Program-made: the position numbers and the translations under genes
Shown here: positions 1-11,520 of the stretch, piece after piece
How positions within the stretch are numbered: the first letter of the stretch is position 1
Layout of the letters: each line of letters opens with the position of its first letter
Source of the DNA: the human T2T-CHM13v2.0 reference genome, Homo sapiens
Assembly (NCBI RefSeq): GCF_009914755.1
Contig: NC_060942.1
Direction: 5' to 3' (one strand)
Length of the DNA stretch: 64,000 nt
Notes under the pieces: generated by a model
Told to the model about the DNA's origin: nothing
What the model saw: the letters and a program-made list of their open reading frames with translations, nothing else
Database searches by the model: none

Positions 1-236
1 TCCTCCCATGTACCATCAGCATTCATGTGGTCACAAACTGTCCCCTTGTAAGGAATGGGAAAGTGGTTTAGATAGAAAAATGTCCTAACCTATCTTTAAG
101 GCAGTGGCCTATTTACTGTGATGCTAATGCAGCAAATGAATCAGCCTCCTGATCCTTCACTTGCATGAGCCCTTTCCAAGTCCCTAGATCAATTATTTAC
201 AATTTTGTGTTCTTTTCTTTAAAAAGGACCCAAATT

Positions 237-545
237 TGCCAGGCATGGTGGCTCATGCCTATAACGCCAGCACTCTGGGAGGCCGAGGCAGGAAGATCAC
301 TTGAGGCCAGGAGTTGTAGGCCAGCCTGGGCAACATACAGAGACCCTGTCTCTACGAGAAAATTTTTTTTAATTAGCCAGGTGTGGTGGTGAGCACCTGT
401 AGTCCCAGTTACTTTGGAGGCTGGATCACTTGAGCCCGGGAGGTCAAGGCTGCAGTGAGCCGTGATTGCACCACTGCCCTCCAGCCTGGACAACAGAGGG
501 AGACCATGTCCTTTAAAAAAAATAAAACAGAAAGGAAAGAAAGAA
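237..545 (+). mobile_element. Alu (AluJ-like, small deletion in the right arm)
   Basis: gccaggcatggtggctcatgcctataa...ccagcctggacaacagag plus A-rich tail; flanks share cccaaatt. Confidence 0.9.
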
Positions 546-1634
546 GCCCAAATTGCATAAGAGTCAAGCCACACAAAACTTGGGTCTGTCCCTGCTGGAG
601 GGCACTGTGGTTCTGTGTGTGGTAGGGTTGACTTGTGGGTTAAATCTTTTCTTTTTTGAAGAAAACTTAAGAGGACAGACACTGGGAAGAGCGGGGCTTG
701 GGGAAAAAAGGAGCCAGTTCCCATATCATGAAAGCTTAACTCAGTCCAGATGGCTGTCTGTGTAATTAACAGAAAAGCAATTGTAAGTGTGTACTGAAGT
801 GTGTTAAGCATTTCTTGAGAAAGAGCAGAAAGTGTTATACTTTACACATGGTCTTCCAAATGTACCACCCAAGGGAAACTATTTTTCCCATTTTGTGAGT
901 TAACAGGTGCAATGCAGACAAGAATTTCTTCCTTCTTCCTTCTCCCAGTTTTTACTCATAGGTAAATAGCTGCTCTGTCTGAAAGTTCCAACATGCACTA
1001 GCTAAGCCCTTTTTCTGTCCATTTAAGCATGCAAATATGATCTCAACCAGACAAAACAGAGCTGCAAACACAAGCTCCAGGCTCCCCAAAATTTGCTTGG
1101 GCCAGTAAATATTTAGGCAAAGAGCAGATAAAAGTGGGTGTGATTTATCTCTGGAGGATTCCAGGAAGCAGGTACTATGTTACTATGTTTCTGATCACCC
1201 AATCCACTCTTCCCTATTACATTGCCATATTTTATTTTCATCATGGGACTAATCGCCTTGTGATATCTCTTGTTCTGTTCTATTTGCTTACTGTTTAGAC
1301 AATGTAATAGCTATGAGAGTAGATATCCTTTCTTTTCTATTTAACATGGTAGATTCATTTATTGGCTGGATTAATCCATACACCCATCCATCCATCCATT
1401 CATTTATTTAAAGAATATTTATCTTCTTAAATATTAAATATAATATTATTATATTATATAATATTAAATATCCTACCCAGCAAGGGGTAGGATAGCAGCC
1501 GTGTGAGCCCTCATGGAGCTTACAGACTGAGAGATCAGCTGAAACACTTGCCCTACTGTTCCTTCTCACTCTCTCGTCCCTCCCAGTCCCCAACGAGTCA
1601 GGAGTGTGACACAAGGCAGGGTAAACACACTTAC

Positions 1635-1723
1635 TCAGGTACTTCTCCAAAGCCTTCCAGAGGCTGTGCTTCAGCAGCGTAGATCTTGGCATAATACCTG
1701 GCAGTATTTTGAACATAGCATTC
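1635..1723 (-). CDS. ALPK2: ALPK2 exon (probably 10), 89 nt, alpha-kinase helix C ([30 protein letters not shown])
   Basis: Acceptor ttttggcgatatag|GAATGC; donor CCTGA|gtaagt. E-x-x-x-Q motif typical of alpha-kinases. Phase 0 to 2. Confidence 0.95.
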
Positions 1724-2572
1724 CTATATCGCCAAAATACATAGAAAGCCCCAGTGACTACAGGAAATTCAGACAGTATTGCCCAGTAAGACTATTCAGG
1801 AGATTTCCCAGTAAGGTAAAGCCAATGAACTGACAAGCCCATCCCCTGGTTGGGGTCACAGAGGCAACGATTATTAGAACCTAGAGTTGGCCACTTAGTG
1901 AGGAGCTCTGAGACGTGAAGGAACTGTCCGGGTGGAGATCAAGTGGTCTCCAGGACCAGGTGTCCCTGAACTATAAAATTTCTCGAGCCGGCAGGGCCGA
2001 AATTCACCCCAGAACTAAGGGGACTGGCCCCTCATCACGTCATCAGGTGGCACTTGGGGCACTACTGGGTTTCCTGTGAGATCTGCCATTGCAAACCCTT
2101 TTCAAAGGTGTAATTGGAGTAGTCAATAATGAACAGCACAGGATTTCTGCCTTAGGAAAAGCTAAGTGGATTCTGCATCCTAAGCTGTGGGGCTTTTCTG
2201 AGCAAGAATCCAGATGCTGGGAGGTTTTCCAAGACTGTGTCATATTTGAGATGGAGGGAATACTGAGAGAGAAAAGAAAAAAGCAGAGTGGATTGGGAGA
2301 AGAAAGGAATACAATGGGCAGAACACTATATTCAGAGAGCAAGGCTGCCTTCAGAAGCACAAAGTCCCACGTGGCAGTGCCGCAGGATCACGATGCTTAA
2401 TGCTTGACTGTACCTGAGAGATTCATCTAAGTTTAACCTATGGATTTTAATATTTTAAATGTTTTAATTGTTTTAGATGTTTATGGTAAACATTTTAAAG
2501 GGGCACAGAGCTGGTGAAAGACCCAACTTTCTTGACAGCTACACCAGTGCCGGTGTAAACAGTGAAATATGT

Positions 2573-2881
2573 GGACCAGGTGTGGTGATTCATGCCTGTA
2601 ATCCCAGCACTTTGGGAGGCAGAGGCAGGAGGATCACTTGGAACCCTCCAGGAGGTCAAGACCAGCCTGGGCAACATAGGGAGACCCTGTCTCTGAAAAA
2701 AAAAATAAAAATTAGTTGGGCGTGATGGCATGCGCCTGTAGTCCTAGCTACTTGGGAGGCTGAGGCAGGAGGGTTGCTTAAGGCCAGGAGGCCGAGACTG
2801 CTGTGGAGCCGTGATCATGCCACTGTACTCCAGCCTGGGGGAAAGAGTGAGACACTGTCTCAAAAAAGAAAAAAAAAAAAA
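2573..2881 (+). mobile_element. Alu (AluJ-like)
   Basis: Dimeric Alu with poly(A); TSD-like agtgaaatat(g/a)tgga on both sides. Confidence 0.92.
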
Positions 2882-3549
2882 GACGGAGTGAAATATATGG
2901 ACCAAATATGTGGATAGGAGGAGGAAGGAGCGAGAGAAGCTAAGGCTCTCCTGCCCTATCCTCTCACCTCGAGTTCTATGACTCAATAACACAGAGAAGT
3001 GGGAACTCAGCTAGAGACTTGGGTCTGTCTCTCTTCCTATATTTTATACACTACCATTAAACCAAACTCAGGAAGGCAGAAAACAAGACCAATGCTGACC
3101 CTTCTGGGTATACCCCACCCCTCTCCCTCTCCACAAAACAAAACCAAACAAAACACTCCAGCAACTAGTGCTGATGTTATCTGTTCCTGGAGACCCTGGC
3201 ATCTAGTGTAGCTTAGAACCCCCACTTTCCATATCATCCTAGGTCCAAGTAGACTCAAACCGCCAGGGATGTCATAGGGCTTCTTAGAAACAAAATCAAT
3301 TATATCTCGGGTTAGAACTGGTGAGGTGTCTCTAGGCATTGGCTGAGTCCCCAGTAGCTGGCATAAGGCCAAGAAATTACTCCCGAGAATTGAGAAGTGA
3401 TCCCCAGCATTGAGATTGAATTGAAACCCCAAAAGAGGAAAAACACCCTTTTGAAGATATTCCCATCAATCCTGAGTCTGATTTTCATCTCGTCTTATCA
3501 TGGGTGGTTCTCACACCAGAAGTGACAGCCTTTGGGCAGATGGACCCAC

Positions 3550-3824
3550 CTGGGCAGCGAGTTTGTAGTTCCTTTGGATGAGCTCATCATTATTTCTGGT
3601 CCCATAGGCAATGGCATTGTGCACCTTAAGCACACAGGCATGGCCAGGTTTGAAGACAGGCATGAGGCCGTGCATCACTGTGCTGCGGAAGGCTTTGCGG
3701 TGAACCCCTTCTCCAAAGTGCAGCTCCTCCGTGGCGATCTGACCACGCAGGCGGCCCCCAAAGTAGCTGTCATGGAGGAAGTCTTCTTTGAAGATGAGTT
3801 GGCTGAATTCAATCTCTTCACATC
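3550..3824 (-). CDS. ALPK2: ALPK2 exon (probably 9), 275 nt, start of the alpha-kinase domain ([92 protein letters not shown])
   Basis: Acceptor ctgtgtttcag|GATGTG; donor CCCAG|gtgggt. Alpha-kinase FGEGxxRKAF loop and the VLK ATP-binding lysine. Phase 1 to 0. Confidence 0.96.
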
Positions 3825-5119
3825 CTGAAACACAGCACAGCTTTGGTTGGAAAGAATACCTCCCAGTCCTGCTCCTTGGCTAACTCCACATGGGGAGGGT
3901 CCCCACATAAGGACAATGACAAGGCTGACCTGCAGAACCAAGAGGGGGCAGACACACTTAACCCTTCAAAAGAGGCATAGCTAAAAGAAGAGATGAGTGG
4001 TTTGGTGAGGAGGAGACAGGTCATTGAATGAGAATGTGGGAACATCAGGGATGGGTTGGAGCAAAACTGGAAAGATCAGGAAAAGAATTCTAGACAGATC
4101 TGGAAAATATAAGTGGAACCAAGCAAAGTAACAAAAGTCAAGTTGAAAAGATGGGAAAAGTGTAGAGGAGGGAAGAAAGACCAATGATAAGATCTGATAA
4201 TATCGGACCAACGTTTCTTTCATTATTGCCCCCCACCCCCCGCAACCACGGAATCTTTGCTGGAATTTGTTTTAATTGCCTGCCATGAAAGTTTAATACC
4301 ACAAATATACTATCTGTTTATGTACCATATGTATATTTGTTCTTTATACAGAAAAAGAGTAACTTTTTTTTTGCCTCCCAAGAACCAATGTTGGTCCTCT
4401 TGGTAGCAATACTGCCTCCATTGAGAAAGCATGTGATAAGTATAAGAAACAGGTAGCAATAAACAAAACAAAAAAATAATAAAAAGAATTGCCTTTGAAG
4501 AGAAATCGAAAAAAAGGTAGAATTATTTTGCATTTATTTGTAAAAAGAAAAGTAGAATTATTTTGAGTTTTCTAACAGCTGTTTTTTTTTGCAGAGTGGA
4601 TTCTACACATGTTTGAGATGACAGTGAATTTAATCAGGAAGGTCCACTTTAAACTAGAGATGACCCAATCAGACTTCTCATTCACTGAGAGAAGAAAATT
4701 AGGTGGCTTTCAATGAAATAAGATTGTTTGGATTTTTAAATCCTTTCCACTTCTCAAAACTGATGAAAACTGACATCTTTCTGAATGTTTACAAGAAGAA
4801 AGAGATCATGGGTTGTGTGAAAAATCTTACTTCACATTTCTATATACATGCTTCAGGAAATATTTTTCTCTTCTTTTCAAAATATTTAAAATCATACGAT
4901 TTGAGACTGATGGTAGCTATTAAAACTATAAGGAGACTGAAACTATTCTGATCGGGTATTGATTAAGGTCTCGGCCTAATTACTGCCAGAAAGAAAGAAA
5001 GGGAGTGGGGTTTGGTGGATTTTCAAACAGAAAAACTAGGTGAAGAGCTAGAATCTGCTTGAAGAAAGAGGATATTCCTAAAGGTGCTCCTAGCATTTTC
5101 ACAAAGGCTAGCAGAAGAC

Positions 5120-5690
5120 TATGGGACCCCTGAATATGCCACCCTCAAATCTGCCTCTTTGGTAAAAGCATTGTTGAGCTGAAGGTAATTAAGAAGAAGC
5201 AGAGGCAAGAAAGCTCTCTGCCTTCCCTCTATTTGCCTAAAATCAGGACATAAATTTATAAAGACAAAAAATATTCTACTCCCCCTTCTACCAGGAAGAA
5301 CAAAGGTTAATGACTGAAGACAACTTTAGACCCTGATGGGCCTGGAGATGGACACCAGCCATTAACAAGCATTAATGAGAATCCAGATGCTGGGAGATTT
5401 TCCAGGGCTGTGGAAATGCCTTTCCACAAGCTACTGCCCTTACCTACTCAAAGTCCTTCCCTCTGCCCTGTCACTTCTCTAAAAATGCACCATTCTTTGT
5501 TGTAGATGCTGTATAAGCTGGAATTCAAACCCCTTCTTAAATGAGCACTTCTGGAGTATCTCCCATGTATATATGAATTATACATGTTCATAAACTTGTT
5601 TGATTTCTCTCATTAATCTTTTGTTACAGGGATCTGTTCCAACTAAGAACTTATGAGGACTGAAGAATAAATTATTTTTCTTCCCCAATA
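5120..5690 (+). mobile_element. ERV1-class solo LTR (MER34/MER39-like)
   Basis: Start resembles ...aatatgccaccctcaaatctgcctctttgg...gagctgaaggtaattaagaag...ctatttgcctaaaa; TATA-like tataagc; end attatttttcttcccc. Confidence 0.65.
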
Positions 5691-6787
5691 ACTCCTACTG
5701 AGTAACCTGTCCTAGGTTTCTGGAGAGAACTGGGTTGGAGCTGCAGGAAAACAGGCAAATGGGACATTTTCTCAGATAAAGTTTTAGGCAATAGCTGGGT
5801 CACAGATTTTACTCTAAGTAACGGAACCAGGAAAAAAATTAATTGATGGAGAAAAGCACAGTTTTATTTTAACAGTTAAATTTAAAAATTAGGTGAGAAA
5901 ATAGAGGGAATGCTTTTCTGTATCCCAAACCTTCTCAGTTTCATTCTAGTTATATGATTAATTTTAACAATTTGGCCTCTAATACCACTAACAGAGTATA
6001 GGAAATGTTATATGTACATACACCAGAGCCCAATAAACATGTATTATATCTGCCATATCCTGTCTTCCTTCAAAATCCTCACATTTCTAAAATTTAATTA
6101 TTAAAAGTAAAAAGCTTGTGCACCCTATGCTTTAAAATTCAGCAAATCTAATTAACTGAAGATAAAAGTTGGTCCAGGCCATATGCTTAGAAAGTAGGAA
6201 GGAAAATTTGTTTGTATAGTACCATACGTGGTATAATTAACAACCCTGTCTATAATTTCCAACAGAAATGCTTATTTGACAAAGATAAAAACATGAAAGA
6301 AAAAAAAAATCTTAGACGTATTCTTTGTCTCTTGAAAATCCTGCAGAGCAAGAGCTGGAGTTCTAGGTGGAACTTTCCAAGCTGAAACTCATCTATTGGG
6401 CCTTCCTTTGCAGAAGCAGAAGGTATAGACTCTGTAGCTCTGCAGAAATCTGAAAGGACAGCCTGTCCAAAACTGTCTTCCTCAGCGATGGCTGAAATGA
6501 GCGCGTCCTCTTGGTTAGAGTTTGCACCTCTTTTAAAGTGAGAGATGGAGGCAAGACTTCATCCTTTAGACCAATCTCTTCCCTGGTAAGAGTAATGAAG
6601 GTAACAGGAGAACTGAGCACCTGAGGGGAGGCTTAGGAAAAGCACGAGTGTAGCACTGCAAGTCTCAGGTTGTGAAGAAGGTGCAATTTTCTTTGCAGCT
6701 TTGCAGAGCCATCCGTTGCCAGGACTCACACTCCACGCTGCCCAAAGTCCCTGAGAGGTGGCAGTTCCATGAGAAAGAATCAAGAGA

Positions 6788-7135
<348 letters not shown>

Positions 7136-7509
7136 TCAGATGAGTGTTGGGAGATTCAAATGCCTCACTGAGGTTCCTTGCTACACCCATACATTGTGAA
7201 ATCCAAATCCTCAACTCAGAGAAACCATGTGGATACCTGCAGCCACTGGTTACAAAGACTGCTCCGAGGTGCAGAAAAGCAATCTACAAATATATTCATA
7301 AAACAAAATAACATCATTAAATTGGGCTTCATTTGGTCCATCATTCATTTCCAACTTTCTCATGAGCTTAGCTTTATTAGTTTTTTAAATTAGAGACCAT
7401 CTTGTAAAAGATTATTTATTCCTCCTATAGAGAATTAAATTAATAAACTGTTTAGTGAGATAGTCCTCTGAATTTAAAAAAAGTGTGATTAAAAGTAATT
7501 TTCCAAATC

Positions 7510-7680
<171 letters not shown>

Positions 7681-8238
7681 TCAGCTTCTTTATCTGAAGG
7701 TACAAGGATAGGGAGGGGCCAGGAGTTACTTCCCCAGCCGGGTGAGTCAGTGAAACTGACACCCCCAGTCACAATGGGGCCAGAAGCTGGGAGAAGGTGA
7801 TGTCATCAGGGTTCAGACCCAGGCTCTACGGCTGGAGTCACTGGGCTATAGCGGTGGTACCATTTCCACCAAGTGGCCAGTAGCTTATCCCCACTGGGGT
7901 CTCTCGCCTGACTAGTAATCCTTGAGAAATGAGCTCATGCACACCTAAACCAATGAAACCTAACAAGTGTCTGAGATGTGAATGCCAATCAATGCTAAGA
8001 AGCTGATGAAACAGAGACTCCCTTCTGAGAGTCTTCTTATTTTCTGAAGTATTAGGAGTAAGGGGATTCTTTTGCATATTTTGCCTTCTGGGGAGATGAG
8101 AGCAGAAATAGAGGAAGGATTTTAAATTATAACACATGTATGCTACACACTAAAGACGGGTATTTAGCATCTGAGTGGGTTTGTGAAGAGCTTGTATTTA
8201 AGTTTACTATTTTGGGTTAATATCACAATATTTGCTAG

Positions 8239-8566
<328 letters not shown>

Positions 8567-9543
8567 TATTGCTAGACCATTTCTAAGTCGAGATCTCAGT
8601 TTCTTACTTTTGATACACTGGATGTGACTGCATTTTGATTACTTTTATTACCTGTTTCTGCAGAGATTTCAGGCGTTCTGTTTGTTTTAAAACTCAGTAC
8701 ATGCAGTAAATCTTTAAGATGCTAGTTCAATTAACTGTCAGAATTTATCCAATTTCTCCTAAAACTGACCGTGGATCCTCCCCTGTGCTGAAAGTCATGA
8801 TCACATGGGGTGAGGCTGGACCACCGTGGTATGTGGAGCTGGCCTTCTGCAGCTCCTGAGAGCTGATGACGGGCGGCTCTTCCCAGTCCCATGATGTGTG
8901 ATGTCACACTGGTGGTTTAAGAGTGGCCACACTGAGAGTATTTACATCATGGAAATTGTAGGACTCAGAACTTCCCCAACCCTCAGCATGTTGTTAAATA
9001 TTTACCCCAGCACACCACCAGGCAAGGGTGGGCATGGGTGGGCGTAGGTGGGTGAGTAATTCTCCTTAAGAGGGAAGACACGGCAAACACAGATTCCACC
9101 AAACTGTGGAAAACTCAGTGGGAGGCCCGGGGACATCACGAGCATTCATGAGCAGCAGTGTTAGGCTGTGGCTAACACCAGGTGCCAAAAGAAAGCAGAG
9201 AAACCCATCTTTTGTTTTCCTTAAGACACAAACGAATGGAGTGATCCTTCAGACACCTGGCTGTCTTTGGGAATCTGCTCAGCTAGTCAAACTGAAAGGA
9301 AAATTGAACAAACAAAACAAGCTGTAATAAGTCCCAGTAGCTGAAAAATCCCATGCAGAAGGGCTGAATGCAAGACCGATGCTTAAAGGGAAAAGTCAAA
9401 TCCAAACTCCCCCTCTACGTGTTCCCCAAAACTCCACTGCTACAGTGTAGCATCCAATTCTGGATATCTGTAGTCTAATGAACTTACAATAGGAAGTATG
9501 GCCCTACATTCACTTTGAATTGGCTCATGAATTGTCATTTCTT

Positions 9544-10304
9544 TCTCTTTTTTTTTTCTGATTTTTTTTTAATTATACTTTTAGGGTACATGTGCCCAAT
9601 GTGCAGGTTAGTTACATATGTATACATGTGCCATGCTGGTGTGCTGCACCCATTAACTCGTCATTTAGCATTAGGTATATCTCCTAATGCTAACCCTCCC
9701 CCCTCCCCCCACCCCACAACAGTCCCCAGAGTGTGATGTTCCCCTTCCTGTGTCCATGTGTTCTCATTGTTCAATTCCCATCTATGAGTGAGAACATGCG
9801 GTGTTTGGTTTTTTGTCCTTGCGATAGTTTACTGAGAATGATGATTTCCAATTTCATCCATGTCCCTAACAAAGGACATGAACTCATCATTTTTTATGGT
9901 TGCATAGTATTCCATGGTGTATATGTGCCACATTTTCTTAATCCAGTCTATCATTGTTGGATATTTGGGTTGGTTCCAAGTCTTTGCTATTGTGAATAGT
10001 GCCTCAATAAACATACGTGTGCATGTGTCTTTATAACAGCATGATCTATAGTCCTTTGGGTATATACCCAGTAATGGGATGGCTGGGTCAAATGGTATTT
10101 CTAGTTCTAGATCCCTGAGGAATCACCACACCGACTTCCACAATGGTTGAACTAGTTTACAGTCCCACCAACAGTGTAAAAGTGTTTCTATTTCTCCACA
10201 TCCTCTCCAGCACCTGTTGTTTCCTGACTTTTTAATGATCGCCATTCTAACTGGTGTGAGATGGTATCTCATTGTGGTTTTGATTTGCATTTCTCTGATG
10301 GCAT
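9544..10304 (-). mobile_element. 5'-truncated primate L1 (L1PA2-L1PA4-like 3' end: ORF2 C-terminus plus 3'UTR)
   Basis: Near-consensus L1PA 3'UTR. Minus-strand ORFs give L1 ORF2 peptides ([34 protein letters not shown]; MFIEALFTIAKTWNQPK). TSD tcatttctt at 9535-9543 and 10305-10313, followed by aa (endonuclease site). Confidence 0.95.
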
Positions 10305-10445
10305 TCATTTCTTAAGTCACGCCATAGCTCTCCTTCTCGGTTGGAAGAGTCCAGAGGATTACTGCTTCTACTCTTTCCTCTGGGAGCTATTTTATGCTTT
10401 ACAGTAAGCCCATTTCCTCTGGCAGGTCAACCCTAACTGACTTAC

Positions 10446-10481
10446 CTTTAGTATCCTGGCGACTTGACAGCTGTTTGAGAA
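10446..10481 (-). CDS. ALPK2: ALPK2 36-nt mini-exon (probably 8), VLKQLSSRQDTK(G) linker between the Ig and kinase domains
   Basis: Acceptor ctttgtcttcttctag|TTCTCA; consensus donor AAAG|gtaagt. Open frame, phase 1 to 1, with a 93-nt intron upstream. Confidence 0.92.
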
Positions 10482-10574
10482 CTAGAAGAAGACAAAGCAG
10501 AGAATGGCTTCAGTACAGATGTCCATTGTGAACGGGCAGGGGCCAGTGGTTTTTCATTGAAAACTGTGGTTTAC

Positions 10575-10702
10575 CTTCAGCTGTGAGGTTAAATTCAGCA
10601 GTCACTTTTCCGTAGCTGTTCTTGATGCAGCAGTAATAGAGTCCCTGGTCCTTCGGACTGGCTTGCACGATGGCAAAGGAAACAGTGGAGTTGTCCCCTG
10701 CA
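10575..10702 (-). CDS. ALPK2: ALPK2 exon (probably 7), 128 nt, second half of the Ig-like domain ([43 protein letters not shown])
   Basis: Acceptor ttcctcattgcag|TGCAGG; donor GAAG|gtaaac. Ig motif D-x-G-x-Y-x-C...N-x-x-G. Phase 2 to 1. Confidence 0.96.
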
Positions 10703-11251
10703 CTGCAATGAGGAATATTCACATTGACACACTTCATCATTCTACAGTTGCATTTTTTTCTAATATACTTAAGGAGAAAGAAGCTAAGACTTCCCTGCTC
10801 ACATGTTTTCAGCCAGTGAGCTGCCCAAAGGGCAAAATCACGATCAGCTGTTTAAATAATTGATTTATCCACAGAGGAGAGTCATTACATTTTGGCTAAC
10901 ACGCTCACTCCAATAAGCAGTAGGTTTAACTGCCATGAGTAGAGCAAAGAATTGAAATTGTGAATTCTGGGAGCTGTTGTTAACATTTCTGCTCAGAATT
11001 CAGCTCAATTATGTGACTAATCCGGGTGTCCTGTGCTTGAAGGAAAGTCTGATAACTCCAAACCCAAACTTATACAGATACAATAAGGGACAAGAGAAAA
11101 CGGGGTTCTTAGCTTTATGCTACATAAGGATTCGTGACTGAGGGCCCCTTTGTAATAGTGTCCTGTACTCCCCTAGTGAGGTACCAACCATCGAACTATT
11201 CACTCACCCAAAATTATTAAGTTCCGGTCACTGTGCTATGAAAACTAAAAC

Positions 11252-11298
11252 TGGTGGTGGTGGTCATATTGGTGGTGATGATGACAGTGATGATGATG
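11252..11298 (+). repeat. (GGT)n/(GAT)n degenerate trinucleotide tract
   Basis: ggtggtggtggtggt...gatgatgacagtgatgatgatg. Confidence 0.75.
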
Positions 11299-11299
11299 C

Positions 11300-11520
11300 C
11301 AATAGCTAATGTGCACTGAGCATTTGGTATGTACCAGGCATTGTGCCAAATCACATAAAGATCAATTTCATGATGCCCTCAGAACAACCTAATGAGAGAA
11401 CTATGTTTACTATTCTCAGTTTGCAGATGAGGAAACTGAGGCATAGAAAAATTTAAGCAAATGATTTTGACTTCATTAAGCTGCCTCCCCAAGTAAATTA
11501 TGGTTCCCGCCCTCAAGTCT
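11300..11520 (-). mobile_element. MIR
   Basis: MIR core ttgcagatgaggaaactgaggcatagaaa. Confidence 0.75.

Noticed and set aside
165-811. 204-aa and other ORFs containing [19 protein letters not shown]-type peptides (here and throughout the window)
   Set aside because: Typical Alu-derived translations with no exon evidence.
7740-7780. AP-1 (TGAGTCA) with neighbouring motifs as an enhancer
   Set aside because: The heptamer occurs many times in the window, close to chance expectation; not supportable without chromatin data.
9733-10308. Short ORFs with real protein similarity
   Set aside because: Fragments of L1 ORF2 in a truncated, frameshifted L1 copy; not a host gene.
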